64,000 nt of DNA from Candidatus Altiarchaeota archaeon (GTDB lineage: Archaea; Altiarchaeota; Altiarchaeia; IMC4; SCGC-AAA252-I15). The notes beneath the pieces were generated by a model that was not told where the DNA came from, made no database searches, and was given only the letters and a program-made list of their open reading frames with translations. Made by a program: the position numbers and the translations under genes. The stretch is from the NCBI GenBank assembly GCA_043813075.1, contig JBDRLL010000006.1, forward strand, positions 32,001 through 96,000, written 5' to 3'. This document shows, in pieces, positions 29,987-40,443 of this stretch. The stretch's first letter is position 1; each line of letters opens with the position of its first letter.

Positions 29987-31126
29987 TTATAGTTCAAGCA
30001 CCAGTTCCAGACCGTCAAGAGACTTCACGAGCCTGCCTTCATGCGTCTTACCCAGCTCCTCCATCACCTGGCTGTCGGCCAGACCCTGCTTCCGTAGGGA
30101 GGATACGAGCTTCATTAGGGAGTCTATCTCACCGTAGTGCTGGTATATCAAGTCGCCCTTGGACTTGTCGACGACAGACGACTCCTCGAACCGCTTCATG
30201 GAATCCTCCTGCTGCTTCAGCACCATCTCCACCTTAACCTTCCTGGACTCTGCTGCGGAAGTCATGCCCTCCCCAACGGAAAATGCCTCACGGCTGCTGA
30301 AGAACTCGTCGACAGCATCATTAAGGGAGTCATAATCTTCAACAAGCATGCCATCATACTGCCGGGACTTGAATGGCTGGACGTCAACATAACCACCCTC
30401 GTCAGAGACCAATATGGGGCTTATGCTACGGGATAATACGTCGTCGACGAGAGACTTGAATGAATCCCACAGACTCTTCCTAGAAGCATCATCGAGGGCT
30501 GGATAAGCGACTTCCTTGTCAACCCCCGCATTAAGGCAAACCCCCTCCGCGAAGAAGCCGCCGACCCCAAAGCGCGATGCTATCGTAGAGACCACAGGCT
30601 TTTCCTCGCTTGACATTATATCATTGAACTCACCCAAGCCAACATCCAAGATGTTGACTCCTGACGGAGGATACTCATAGGCCTTACCTACGCCAAGCGT
30701 CCTATGCCTCCACTTCTGCCATTCGAGGAGCCCTATTATCTTAAAGCCCTCGTCACAGAGTATGACATTCCCCTTGCTGAACAACTCGGCGATAAGGATG
30801 AGACGCTCCCTGCCATCGAACACCATCTCTATTATCCTGTCAAAACCATGCTGCCTTACCTCAGAGACCCTTAGGCCGCCGAGGCGCTTTCGCAACTGCA
30901 TTGCGAAAGAGCTTGGGTTCTGGGGTATGGCCCGCGTGTATCCTGTGATGCAAAAGTAGTTTGGGGCTAGGACAAGGTCTCTGGTTCCTGAACCGGGCAC
31001 GTAGAAGCGGAGCAAAAGCTCTTTAGACCCGACTTGGTATGCCTTTTCGAATCTGGCGCCAGTCAAAACCCCTGCGACCTCGCCGGCTAGAATACGGACG
31101 TCGATGCTGGATAAACCCTCTTTCAT
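29987..31126 (-). CDS. rqcH: Rqc2/RqcH (NFACT) N-terminal part, lacking the C-terminal RNA-binding domain
   Basis: 'PSSFAMQLRKRL', 'FDRII', 'ELFSKGNVIL', 'YEYPP', 'LNDAVDEFF', 'KGDLIY'; ends at 379 aa. Confidence 0.8.
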   Translation of the reverse strand: MKEGLSSIDVRILAGEVAGVLTGARFEKAYQVGSKELLLRFYVPGSGTRDLVLAPNYFCITGYTRAIPQNPSSFAMQLRKRLGGLRVSEVRQHGFDRIIEMVFDGRERLILIAELFSKGNVILCDEGFKIIGLLEWQKWRHRTLGVGKAYEYPPSGVNILDVGLGEFNDIMSSEEKPVVSTIASRFGVGGFFAEGVCLNAGVDKEVAYPALDDASRKSLWDSFKSLVDDVLSRSISPILVSDEGGYVDVQPFKSRQYDGMLVEDYDSLNDAVDEFFSSREAFSVGEGMTSAAESRKVKVEMVLKQQEDSMKRFEESSVVDKSKGDLIYQHYGEIDSLMKLVSSLRKQGLADSQVMEELGKTHEGRLVKSLDGLELVLEL

Positions 31127-32031
31127 TCCAAACCAAACTGCTTCAACAAAATCGCTTTCTGCGCGTGAACCCTGTTCTCAGCCTGACGCCATACCACGCT
31201 CTGACGGGAGTCTATCACGTCGTCGGTGACTTCAACCCCACGGTGGGCTGGCAGGCAGTGCATGAATATTGCATTCTCCTTGGCGTGAGACATCAATTTC
31301 CGGTTAACCTGAAATCCTTCAAAAGCAGTCAGACGATCCCCCTCCTGGGACTCGTCACCCATACTCACCCAGACGTCGGTGTAGACGACGTCAGCACCCT
31401 TGACTGCGGACTCGGGATTATCCAATACTATGACCTTTGAGTCGACCGCGGTCTTTAAAGCGTCGTTTACGAATCCTTTAGCCGGCTTGTATTCCGGCGG
31501 CGTGGCGACGGTTATGTTAACGTCGGTGAGCGAACACCCCAGTATGAGGGAATTGCAGACGTTGTTGCCGTCGCCAACGAAAGCCAGGTTAAGACCCTTG
31601 AGGTCGCCCTTCAACTCACGTATAGTAAGCAAATCTCCTATGACCTGGCAGGGGTGCTCCTTTTCAGATAGGCCGTTGATGACAGGTATCTTAGAGTACT
31701 TTCTCAGCTCCTCGAGGGTGGAGTGCTTGAATACCCTTGCCATAACACAGTCCACGTAGCCTGTCATGACGCGGGCTGTGTCCGCGATAGTCTCGCCCCG
31801 ACCCAACTGCATGTCGCCCGCGTTAAGGACGATGGGTGTGCCGCCCAACTCGATCATCGCAACCTCGAATGATACTCTCGTCCTGGTTGAAGGCTTCTCG
31901 AATATCATGGCAAGCTTCCTGCCTGAAAGCCGGTCAGAGTATTCACCAGGATTCTTCTTTACTTCGGCAGCGAGGTCGAGGATGCCTGAGACATCATCCC
32001 TGCTCAAGTCGCGGATAGATATGAGACTCAT
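31123..32031 (-). CDS. argF: Ornithine carbamoyltransferase
   Basis: 'STRTR', 'HPCQ', 'WVSMG', 'HCLP'. Confidence 0.95.
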   Translation of the reverse strand: MSLISIRDLSRDDVSGILDLAAEVKKNPGEYSDRLSGRKLAMIFEKPSTRTRVSFEVAMIELGGTPIVLNAGDMQLGRGETIADTARVMTGYVDCVMARVFKHSTLEELRKYSKIPVINGLSEKEHPCQVIGDLLTIRELKGDLKGLNLAFVGDGNNVCNSLILGCSLTDVNITVATPPEYKPAKGFVNDALKTAVDSKVIVLDNPESAVKGADVVYTDVWVSMGDESQEGDRLTAFEGFQVNRKLMSHAKENAIFMHCLPAHRGVEVTDDVIDSRQSVVWRQAENRVHAQKAILLKQFGLE

Positions 32032-32059
32032 ATAAAGCTATTTGAATGAATAATTAAAC

Positions 32060-32965
32060 ATGGGTTCCGTCGACGAGACTGCCAGGAAAATAAGTTCAAT
32101 GGAGGTCAGAGGAGCCCTGGACATAGCCATAGCCGCCCTGAAAGCCCTTGAAACCGTCGTTGACGGGGGAGGCAGGCTGAAGGAGCTTGAGGCTGCTGGG
32201 GAGAAACTCAAGAAGGCCAGGCCCACCGCAGTATCACTGCCGAATGCAGTCAACTATGTGATATACCTCGCGAAAAAACACGAGCCAGATGACGGGAAGG
32301 CGTTTAAGTCCGCCATGACCCGTGAGATACACGACTTCATAATAAGGCAGGAGAATTCCCTGGAAAAGATTGCTGAGATAGGGTCTAAGCTCATAGAGGA
32401 GGGGGATGTCCTGATGACGCACTGCAACAGCGATACCGTAGCCCACATATTCAAGAGGGCTTGGAGGGACGGCAAGAAGTTCAGGGTGATAGCCACAGAG
32501 ACGAGGCCGAGGTATCAGGGCTACATCACGTCAAGGGACCTTGCTTCTGCAGGGATACCTGTGACGCTCATAGTGGACTCCGCAGTATACCATACCATTA
32601 AGAAGCTTGACGTCGACAAGGTGTTTGTGGGCGCGGACACTGTATACGCTAACGGCGATGTCGTGAACAAGATAGGGACGATGCAGGTTGCATTGTGCGC
32701 TAAAAGCGAGGGCAAGGACTTTATAGTCGCCACGGAGTCTATTAAATTCTCTCCTGAAAGCATTATGGGCGGGGTGTCGGTGATAGAGGAGAGGGACCCT
32801 AAGGAGGTGGCGGAGATAGAGGGCGTTAGGGTGTTCAACCCGGCATTCGACGTGACGCCGAAGGAGTACGTGAACATGATAATAACGGAATACGGGATTA
32901 TACCGCCTGAAGCGGCTTACAGCCTGCTTAAGGAGAGGTTTGGATGGAGTCTTACAGGGGAATAG
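32060..32965 (+). CDS. Ribose-1,5-bisphosphate isomerase (eIF2B-like family)
   Basis: 'MEVRGA', 'RPTAVSLPNA', 'THCNS', 'ETRP', 'NKIGT', 'NPAFDVTP'. Confidence 0.85.
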   Translation: MGSVDETARKISSMEVRGALDIAIAALKALETVVDGGGRLKELEAAGEKLKKARPTAVSLPNAVNYVIYLAKKHEPDDGKAFKSAMTREIHDFIIRQENSLEKIAEIGSKLIEEGDVLMTHCNSDTVAHIFKRAWRDGKKFRVIATETRPRYQGYITSRDLASAGIPVTLIVDSAVYHTIKKLDVDKVFVGADTVYANGDVVNKIGTMQVALCAKSEGKDFIVATESIKFSPESIMGGVSVIEERDPKEVAEIEGVRVFNPAFDVTPKEYVNMIITEYGIIPPEAAYSLLKERFGWSLTGE

Positions 32966-32968
32966 AAG

Positions 32969-33466
32969 ATGGATGAGAGATACAGTAGGGTGCTGGACGC
33001 AGTCGCGAAGGAGGATTCGATAAAACTCAGGGAGCTCGCGTCAGAATACAGTGACGATGCTGCCATAAATCAGGATAAGGAGAGCCTGCAGTTGGCTGTC
33101 ATAACATACAGCTTCCATAAGATATTCAGCAAGATACACTTCAGGGAAAAAACGGAGAGCCTGGTTGAGAGTTCAATAAAGAAGCTCTCGGAAGGCATGC
33201 TGGAGGGGGTGATAGGGGAGATAGAGTCCTTTGACAGGGAGCACGGACTGTTCCACGGGGGCCTGGTGGGCAAGGCGAGGATAAAGATAGGCTCCAGGAT
33301 ATACTCGAGGGGTATTTCCATAACCCACGCTTCCACGTTGTCCGGGGCGCCGGTGTCTGAGATACTAGAGTATTCTGGGGACACGAAACACCATGAGGAA
33401 AAAGAGCGTGTGTCCCTAAGCGACCGTTTAAACAAGGCTAGGGACGTGTTTATGAACGGTAAATGA
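32969..33466 (+). CDS. Hypothetical protein upstream of the proteasome alpha gene
   Basis: Codirectional 165-aa ORF; helical; 'KARIKIGSRIYSRGISITHAS' is a possible HTH. Confidence 0.6.
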   Translation: MDERYSRVLDAVAKEDSIKLRELASEYSDDAAINQDKESLQLAVITYSFHKIFSKIHFREKTESLVESSIKKLSEGMLEGVIGEIESFDREHGLFHGGLVGKARIKIGSRIYSRGISITHASTLSGAPVSEILEYSGDTKHHEEKERVSLSDRLNKARDVFMNGK

Positions 33467-33524
33467 CTTTTAAACCCAAAATCCATTATCTAAGACACAA
33501 AAAGAGAGGGAATGTTGGCATATA

Positions 33525-34268
33525 ATGTATCCTACTGGTCCTGCGGCATACGACCGCGCTATAACGGTTTTCAGTCCTGACGGAAGGCTATTCCAGGTAG
33601 AATATGCTAGGGAAGCCGTCAAGAGGGGGACGACAGCAGTCGGCATAACCTATGACAAGGGTGTTATCCTCGCGGTGGACAAGAATGTTGTAAGCAAGAT
33701 GATAGTCCCCTCTTCGATAGAGAAGATATTCCAGATAGACGACCACATAGGTGTCGCAACATCAGGACTCGTTGCAGACGCTAGAAGACTCATCGAGGAT
33801 GCGAGGGTGAGGGCTCAAAGACACATGCTGGTCTACAAGGAGGCTATAAGCGTCGCATCACTGACGAAGGAGATATGCGACATAAAGCAGGCGTACACCA
33901 TGTACGGCGGCGCAAGACCCTTCGGGACGGCATTATTGATTGCTGGGGTGAACAAGAAGCCACACCTGTTTGAGACCGACCCGAGCGGAGCATTCACTGA
34001 ATACAAGGCAGGGGCAATAGGCATGGGGAAGAGGGATGTTGAAAAGCTTTTCGAGGATAAGTACAAGGAAAATATCGGGAGGCAGGATGCGATAAACCTT
34101 GCGTTAATCGGTTTGAACAGCGTGTCTGAAGGCAAGATAAAGAAGGAGAACATAGACATGATCGCGATAGAAGTGGGTAAGAAATACGTTAAGATAGGCG
34201 TCGACGAGATAGGATCATCAATAAAGGAATTGGGTAAGGAGCTCGACTCCGGGAAACCCAAGGAATAG
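33525..34268 (+). CDS. psmA: Proteasome subunit alpha
   Basis: 'YDRAITVFSPDGRLFQVEYAREAV', 'RPFG'. Confidence 0.97.
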   Translation: MYPTGPAAYDRAITVFSPDGRLFQVEYAREAVKRGTTAVGITYDKGVILAVDKNVVSKMIVPSSIEKIFQIDDHIGVATSGLVADARRLIEDARVRAQRHMLVYKEAISVASLTKEICDIKQAYTMYGGARPFGTALLIAGVNKKPHLFETDPSGAFTEYKAGAIGMGKRDVEKLFEDKYKENIGRQDAINLALIGLNSVSEGKIKKENIDMIAIEVGKKYVKIGVDEIGSSIKELGKELDSGKPKE

Positions 34269-34314
34269 CATTCATTTAGTTAATCTGTCTATTACTGTGG
34301 ACGGGGTGTAGCTG

Positions 34315-35004
34315 ATGGCAAACTTGGATGAAGCCATTATAATCAGACTCAAAACAAGGGGACATACGTTTGAAGTGCTGGCAGACCCAGATAAGGCACT
34401 AGAATTCCGGTCAGGGGAGGAGGTGAGTATTGATAACGTACTCGCAGTGGAACACGTCTTCAAGGACGCGAAAGCCGGCGACAAAGCATCCTCTGACTTA
34501 ATGGAAGAAGCCTTCAACACAAGCGAAGAGAGCAAGGTAGCTGAGGAAGTCCTTAAGAAAGGCGAGCTACACTTGACTACAGAACAGAAACGCAGGATGC
34601 TGGAGGAAAGAAGGAAACAAGTCGCATCCCTGATAGCAAGGGACGCAATAAACCCCCAGACAAAGTCCCCGCACCCACAGTCAAGGATACTCCAAGCTAT
34701 GGAGGAGGCGAAGGTTGAGGTAACGCTCTCTAAAAGCCCTAGAGAACACGTTGAAAAGGTCTTGAAGGCCCTAATACCCCTCATGCCCATAAAACTCCAG
34801 AAAGTGCAGGTAGCGCTTAAGGTGCCTGCAGCACACACTGGAAGGCTGTACGAGGTATTGAAGGAGTACGGGGAAGTCAAGAAGGATGAGTGGGTCGGGC
34901 AGGAACAATACTGTCTGATCGAGATTCCCGGAGGCCTGCAGGACGAGCTGTTCAACAAGCTGAACAGCATGACACACGGGGAGATCAGCATAAAAGTATT
35001 ATAG
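34315..35004 (+). CDS. Ribosome maturation protein SBDS/Sdo1
   Basis: 'FEVLADP', 'VFKDAKAGDKAS', 'NPQTKSPHP'. Confidence 0.95.
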   Translation: MANLDEAIIIRLKTRGHTFEVLADPDKALEFRSGEEVSIDNVLAVEHVFKDAKAGDKASSDLMEEAFNTSEESKVAEEVLKKGELHLTTEQKRRMLEERRKQVASLIARDAINPQTKSPHPQSRILQAMEEAKVEVTLSKSPREHVEKVLKALIPLMPIKLQKVQVALKVPAAHTGRLYEVLKEYGEVKKDEWVGQEQYCLIEIPGGLQDELFNKLNSMTHGEISIKVL

Positions 35005-35012
35005 GTATTCAA

Positions 35013-35684
35013 ATGAGCGAAAATAGGGAGATTGTTATACCCGGCCAACTTGTTGGCGAAGGGGTTAAATGCGACAACAGCTGCTACCTGGAGGGGGGGA
35101 AAGTGTATTCCCTCGTTAGGGGCCTTGTGAGGATGAGCGGCGACCGCGTGAGCATAATACCAGTGAGCGGCCCATACATGCCGAAAGTCGGGGACATGGT
35201 TATAGGAACCATAGTCGAGGATTTCGGGAAAGTCTACCTCGTGGACACTAAGACCGCGTACTATTCCGTCGTGAGGGAGGAGCGTGACGACGACAGGAGG
35301 TCTAGGAACAGGAGCGAACGGAGGCCTCAAGTCAAATACAACATAGGCGACTTGGTGAGCGGGAAGATAAGCTCGGTCGACGAGTTGCATGAGTCCCAGC
35401 TGACGGGCGTTTGGAAGCTGGAGGACGGGCTGACCATGGAGGTCGACCCCAAGAAGGTGCCCAGGGTGATAGGGAAGCACCGTTCAATGATAAACCAGAT
35501 AAAGGATAAGACAGGCTGCAACATAGCGGTAGGCCAGAACGGGATAATATGGCTGAAGGGCGGTAAGACCAACATAGCAATAGAGGCCATAAGGAAGGTG
35601 GAGGCGGAGGCACACACAAGCGGCCTCACAGACAGGATAACACAGATGCTGGATGAAGCATTATCAAGATCAAATAAGGAGTGA
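35013..35684 (+). CDS. rrp4: Exosome RNA-binding subunit Rrp4
   Basis: 'IVIPGQ', '[11 protein letters not shown]', KH-like '[11 protein letters not shown]', 'GQNGIIW'. Confidence 0.92.
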   Translation: MSENREIVIPGQLVGEGVKCDNSCYLEGGKVYSLVRGLVRMSGDRVSIIPVSGPYMPKVGDMVIGTIVEDFGKVYLVDTKTAYYSVVREERDDDRRSRNRSERRPQVKYNIGDLVSGKISSVDELHESQLTGVWKLEDGLTMEVDPKKVPRVIGKHRSMINQIKDKTGCNIAVGQNGIIWLKGGKTNIAIEAIRKVEAEAHTSGLTDRITQMLDEALSRSNKE

Positions 35685-35689
35685 TTCAT

Positions 35690-36424
35690 ATGAGTGGTGG
35701 AAAAGAAGTTGAGTTGATTAAAAACGGTAAGAGGCTTGATGGAAGAGCCTTTGACGAGTTACGAGAGATAAAGATGAAGGTTGGCGTCCTGAAGAGGGCG
35801 CAGGGTTCAGCATACGTTGAATGGGGTAAGAACAAGGTATTGGCCGCAGTATACGGGCCGAGGGAGATGCACCCCAAATTCATGCAGAATCCGACGAAAG
35901 CAGCCGTAAGGTGCACATACAATCTCGCACCATTCTCTGTTGACGACAGGAAGAGGCCTGGGCCGGACAGGAGGAGCGTTGAGATTTCAAAGGTGTGCAG
36001 TGAAGCATTGACGTCCGTCGTCGAGGTTGGGAGATACCCTACCGCCGCGATAGACGTGTTTGTCGAGATACTGCAGGCTGATGCGGGCACAAGATGCGTG
36101 GGATTGACTGCAGCATCACTTGCACTAGCTGACGCTGGAATACCGATGAGGGATATAGTCGCCGCCTGCGCTGCAGGGAAGGCTGGCGGGGAAGTTGTCG
36201 TGGACTTGGATAAGGAGGAGGACAACTACGGTGAAAGCGACCTGCCCATAGCGATACTGCCGAAGACTGGGGAGATAGTGCTCCTACAGATGGATGGTAA
36301 ACTAAGCAGGGAGGAGTTCACGAAAGCGCTTAACATGGCAAAGGAAGGCGCCATGAAGGTCTACGAGATACAGAAGCAGACCCTCATTGAAGGCTATGAA
36401 AACAGGCAGGAGGTGCAGGAATGA
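35690..36424 (+). CDS. rrp41: Exosome exonuclease Rrp41
   Basis: 'RLDGR..DELR', 'GPREMHP', 'DAGTR', 'QMDG'. Confidence 0.96.
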   Translation: MSGGKEVELIKNGKRLDGRAFDELREIKMKVGVLKRAQGSAYVEWGKNKVLAAVYGPREMHPKFMQNPTKAAVRCTYNLAPFSVDDRKRPGPDRRSVEISKVCSEALTSVVEVGRYPTAAIDVFVEILQADAGTRCVGLTAASLALADAGIPMRDIVAACAAGKAGGEVVVDLDKEEDNYGESDLPIAILPKTGEIVLLQMDGKLSREEFTKALNMAKEGAMKVYEIQKQTLIEGYENRQEVQE

Positions 36425-37197
36425 ACATAGAGGCTTACTTGAAGAGGGACTACATTAGGAACATCATGAGCGATGGAAAGAGGATTGACGGCAGAGGATT
36501 CGACGAGCGCAGGAACCTTGAGATAGAGAAGGGATATGTGCTTGAGAAGGCTGACGGTTCCGCTCTAGTGAAGCTTGGAGGCACCCAGGTGCTTGTCGGC
36601 ATAAGCATGGACGTTGGGGAGCCATACTCAGACCGTCCGACGTCAGGAGTAATGACTACTAGCGCAGAGTTGAGGCCATTAGCGTCCCCATACTTTGAGT
36701 CAGGACCGCCAAGGGAGGAATCGATAGAACTGGCGAGGGTCGTTGACAGGGGTATACGCGAGTCAGGGATGATAGACGTCGACAAACTCTTCATCGAGGA
36801 GGGTAAAGTATGGATGGTGTTCATAGACCTGCACATGCTGGACGACTGCGGTAACCTTTTGGACGCTTCCGGGATAGCTGCAGCAGCGGCCCTGCATGAC
36901 TGCAGGCTGCCGAAATACGAGGACGGGCAGGTGATAAGGGGCGATTGGAAGGGCAAGCTGCCCATAACGTGCACGCCGATACCAAACACTTTCGCGAAAA
37001 TCAGGGATACCATAGTCTTGGATCCCTTGAGCGACGAGGAATACGCCATGGACGCGAGGCTTACAGTTACCACAACAGACACGGTAAACGCCATGCAGAA
37101 GGGTGGTGAAGGAAAGTTCACGATAGATGAGATAGAGGGTATTGTGGACAAGGCCTTCGAAAATTCCGGGAAAATAAGGGATTTAGTGGAGAAGTAA
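36421..37197 (+). CDS. rrp42: Exosome subunit Rrp42
   Basis: 'RIDGR', 'FESGPP', '[11 protein letters not shown]', 'MQKGG'. Confidence 0.95.
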   Translation: MNIEAYLKRDYIRNIMSDGKRIDGRGFDERRNLEIEKGYVLEKADGSALVKLGGTQVLVGISMDVGEPYSDRPTSGVMTTSAELRPLASPYFESGPPREESIELARVVDRGIRESGMIDVDKLFIEEGKVWMVFIDLHMLDDCGNLLDASGIAAAAALHDCRLPKYEDGQVIRGDWKGKLPITCTPIPNTFAKIRDTIVLDPLSDEEYAMDARLTVTTTDTVNAMQKGGEGKFTIDEIEGIVDKAFENSGKIRDLVEK

Positions 37198-37237
37198 AGG
37201 TTTTTATAACCTTCTTCCCTTATTATATGCTACGAAA

Positions 37238-37468
37238 ATGTACAGTCACACAAGGAAAGTAGGGGGAATGGGCAGATACGGCCCCAGGGTAGGTCGTAAA
37301 CTGCGTCACGAGGCCAAGAAGGTCGAGGACGACGCTAGGAAGAGCAGGATATGCCCCTCCTGCAGCAGAACGCGTGTGAAAAGGGTTTCGAAGGGTATTT
37401 GGGCGTGCGCGTCATGCGGACACACATACACTGGAGGAACCCACTTGACGTCAACACCGAGAAGGTAA
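37238..37468 (+). CDS. rpl37ae: 50S ribosomal protein L37ae (eL43)
   Basis: 'GRYGPR.G', 'CPSC...VKR..KGIW.C..C..TYTGG'. Confidence 0.92.
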   Translation: MYSHTRKVGGMGRYGPRVGRKLRHEAKKVEDDARKSRICPSCSRTRVKRVSKGIWACASCGHTYTGGTHLTSTPRR

Positions 37469-37483
37469 TTAGGCGGGTAGAAT

Positions 37484-37636
37484 ATGGCTTATGTTTGCAT
37501 TGAATGCGGGGCGGAATTCGACTACGAGGAGATACTAAAGTCTAAGCTGAAGTGCACTTCATGCTCTGAGAAGAGGAGCAACATCTGGATAAAGAAAAGG
37601 CCTGAAAGCATGACAAAGGAAGTCCTTGCGAGATGA
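37484..37636 (+). CDS. rpoP: RNA polymerase subunit P (Rpo12)
   Basis: Manually translated 50-aa zinc ribbon MAYVCIECGAEF...KCTSC...IWIKKRP...VLAR at the conserved superoperon position. Confidence 0.85.
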   Translation: MAYVCIECGAEFDYEEILKSKLKCTSCSEKRSNIWIKKRPESMTKEVLAR

Positions 37637-37860
37637 ATTCTCTTAGAGTACTGTTTGAGATTCCGAGGGAGGATGCTGACGTCATATGCGAGTCCGTGGG
37701 GATCGAAGCATCATCCGTCAAGCACGAGCGTTCTAACGTGAGATTGCACTATGAGGATGGGCTTGTCCTGGATGTTGAGGCGAAAGACCTCCACGCCATG
37801 AGGGCTGCTGTCAACACCTATTTAAGGTGGATAAGCATGGCCCAGAAGCTCATCGAATAG
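37633..37860 (+). CDS. pcc1: KEOPS complex subunit Pcc1
   Basis: 'ERSNV...LDVEAKDLHAMRAAVNTYLRWI'. Confidence 0.85.
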   Translation: MNSLRVLFEIPREDADVICESVGIEASSVKHERSNVRLHYEDGLVLDVEAKDLHAMRAAVNTYLRWISMAQKLIE

Positions 37861-37889
37861 TTTTAAGATAGTATGGCGTATAGTATTTA

Positions 37890-38477
37890 ATGCCAAAGAA
37901 CGCTAGCGCGGGAGGACAATCCAGCGGCAGACAGCAGGACCCTGATTCTAAGAAACAAGACCAGGTGAGGAGTATTGACGTCTCCTTCACCCCCGAAGAA
38001 AGGAGGCTGGTGGACTACGGGGACGGGAAAGCGGACTTCGCTTCAGTGAGAACCCAGTTGAACGGCATAGCCGCGAGGATTGCCAAGCTGAACGAGACTC
38101 GGAAGCGGATTACGGCACTGGCGGGAGTGGTTTTGAAGGCCATGGACAAGGAGGAGTTGACTCCTAATGAGGCTGCAGCATTGGGTAAGCTGAGGGAGAG
38201 GTATGCTGGTAGCTTCAGGGGCAAGGATGGCGCGGAACTGCCTGACATGATGGTCTTGATGGGCATAGGGGGTGAGCTGACTGAGCAGGCGGGGAGGAAC
38301 CCGTTGAGTTTTCCTGAAGACCATGCCATAAGGCACTACATTGGGGAGAGGATGTTGGCCAGTGTGGAGGGGGGAAGGCCATTAAACCAGGTTGAATCCA
38401 GGGTCAACGACTTCATCACCTCGGTGGGGGTAGTCCCGGACCCTAGGGCTGCTGGGGGCGGGCCAGGGAAGAAGTAG
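37890..38477 (+). CDS. Hypothetical protein inserted in the exosome superoperon
   Basis: 195-aa ORF between pcc1 and pfdB; no recognised motif. Confidence 0.55.
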   Translation: MPKNASAGGQSSGRQQDPDSKKQDQVRSIDVSFTPEERRLVDYGDGKADFASVRTQLNGIAARIAKLNETRKRITALAGVVLKAMDKEELTPNEAAALGKLRERYAGSFRGKDGAELPDMMVLMGIGGELTEQAGRNPLSFPEDHAIRHYIGERMLASVEGGRPLNQVESRVNDFITSVGVVPDPRAAGGGPGKK

Positions 38478-38526
38478 GGTATGTGAAACTCATTTTTATA
38501 ATATTCTTTCAATACTTTTAGGCAAC

Positions 38527-38883
38527 ATGGACATTCCAAAGCAACTACAGGACAAGATAGCGCAGTTCCAGAACCTGCAGAACCAGCTGCAGATGGTCTC
38601 GATACAGAAGCAGCAGCTGATGCTCCAGAAGACTGAGATAGAGAACGCTAGGAAAGAGTTGGATGACGTCAAAGAGGGGAAGGTTTACATGATGGCGGGC
38701 CCCATACTCTTGGAGAAGGACAGGGAGTCCTGCGGCAAGAAGCTGGAGGATGATTCCGGACTGGCTTCGACAAAGATAACGGTGCTTGAGAAGCAGGAGA
38801 AGAAGCTGGCGGAAAAGTTCAATGAAATGAGGTCTGAGATACAGGGCATGATACCGGGTTCAGGCGGCGGTAAAGGCGGTTGA
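38527..38883 (+). CDS. pfdB: Prefoldin beta subunit
   Basis: 'QFQNLQNQLQ...ELDD...VYMMAGPILL' helical hairpin at its conserved position. Confidence 0.9.
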   Translation: MDIPKQLQDKIAQFQNLQNQLQMVSIQKQQLMLQKTEIENARKELDDVKEGKVYMMAGPILLEKDRESCGKKLEDDSGLASTKITVLEKQEKKLAEKFNEMRSEIQGMIPGSGGGKGG

Positions 38884-38922
38884 AATACCTTTAATTAGCG
38901 TGAATAGTAATTAATTTCTGAG

Positions 38923-40443
38923 ATGCCAGAGCTACTAGACTCCTATGGTAACGTAAAGATTATGTCAGGCTCGGAAGAGCAGCTTCCATACTACATCGTC
39001 CTCGAGCCAGAACTAAACGAGGATGAGAAGAACATACTCGCACACGACAGCTCGCTGATAGGGAACTACAAGGAGGTTATGGACGACCTTGGGAGGATAC
39101 ACAGCACTTCAGAGAAGGAGGAATTCCTCAAGGAATACTTGAAGACCAGGATAAAGGATAGGAACGTCAGGGAAGAGAACCTCAGCCACATTGTGTCTGC
39201 CATAATGGACGACCTTTTCCTAGGATACAATAGGCTTGGGCCGCTCATGCGGGACGAGGCCCTTGAGGAGATCATGGTCAACGGTGTTGAGACACCGGTT
39301 TTCGTGGTGCACAGGAGACATGGTATGTGCACCACCAACATAACGTTCGAGACCGTGCAGGAGATAAATGATATCATAAACTGGCTTTCGAACTATGTCG
39401 GGAGGAAGATAAACGAGGAAAACCCGCTTTTGGACGCCCACATGCCGGACGGCTCGAGGGCTAACGTGGCGATACCGCCAGCCGCACCCTACGGCCCTGC
39501 GATAACAATCAGGAAGTTCAAGAAGACCCCGTATAATATGGTCGACTTGATAAAGATAGGTAGCGTGAGCAGTGAACTAGCCGCATTTCTCTGGGTCTGC
39601 GTGGAAGGCCTTGGGATAGCCCCAAAGGACATCCTGATTGCGGGAGGCGCTGGATCGGGCAAGACGACGCTGATGAACGCGCTCGCAATGTTCATACCCA
39701 AGACAGAGAGGATAGTTACGGTTGAGGACACTCTGGAGTTGAACTTCGAGTTCATCGAGAACTGGGTGCCATTGGAGGCTTCACCCACGACCATGAAGCA
39801 GTCAGACACCCTGACCATGCACAACCTGCTGAAAAACAGCCTGCGTATGAGGCCGGACAGGGTCATAGTGGGTGAAGTCAGGGGTAAGGAGGCTGAGACG
39901 TTGTTTGTGGCCATGGATATCGGCTTGGAGGGTTCGATGGGCACACTTCACGCGAACAATGCGAGGGAGACTACGATACGCCTCATGGACGAGCCCATGA
40001 ACGTGCCGCTAAGGATGATGCCTCTGCTAAACCTTATAGTCGTCATGAACAGGATTTTCGACCGTAAGAGGGGTATGATGAGGCGTGTGACACAGGTGTC
40101 TGAGATTTCAGGTATTGAGGCTGACGTAGTCCAGTTGGGTGACATATACAGGTATGATCTTAACGCGGATAAGATAGTTAGGACGGAATACCCCATACTG
40201 TTGACCGAGAAGATAGCTGCCAAGTGCGCTGTATCAAAGAAGAGGATAAACAATGAGATACTTATCAGACAGAAGGTTCTGGAACACATGGTGGCGAAGG
40301 ACATCACGGATAACGATAAGGCTGTGGAGATGTTCCAGAAGTACCATGTGAACCCGAGGTCGGTTATAAGCCATATCAGGGATGGCTATCAGAACCTGCC
40401 GGAAAATGACAACTCACTTGACGATGCCGTTAAGAATGATTAG
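38923..40443 (+). CDS. Type II/IV secretion (CpaF/VirB11/ArlI-like) ATPase
   Basis: 'EEIMVNG', 'ITIRKF', Walker A 'GGAGSGKT', 'LRMRPDRVIVGEVRG', 'GTLHA'. Confidence 0.92.
   Translation: MPELLDSYGNVKIMSGSEEQLPYYIVLEPELNEDEKNILAHDSSLIGNYKEVMDDLGRIHSTSEKEEFLKEYLKTRIKDRNVREENLSHIVSAIMDDLFLGYNRLGPLMRDEALEEIMVNGVETPVFVVHRRHGMCTTNITFETVQEINDIINWLSNYVGRKINEENPLLDAHMPDGSRANVAIPPAAPYGPAITIRKFKKTPYNMVDLIKIGSVSSELAAFLWVCVEGLGIAPKDILIAGGAGSGKTTLMNALAMFIPKTERIVTVEDTLELNFEFIENWVPLEASPTTMKQSDTLTMHNLLKNSLRMRPDRVIVGEVRGKEAETLFVAMDIGLEGSMGTLHANNARETTIRLMDEPMNVPLRMMPLLNLIVVMNRIFDRKRGMMRRVTQVSEISGIEADVVQLGDIYRYDLNADKIVRTEYPILLTEKIAAKCAVSKKRINNEILIRQKVLEHMVAKDITDNDKAVEMFQKYHVNPRSVISHIRDGYQNLPENDNSLDDAVKND

Noticed and set aside
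34272-35480. 402-aa minus-strand ORF
   Set aside because: Antisense to SBDS and rrp4, with no motif.
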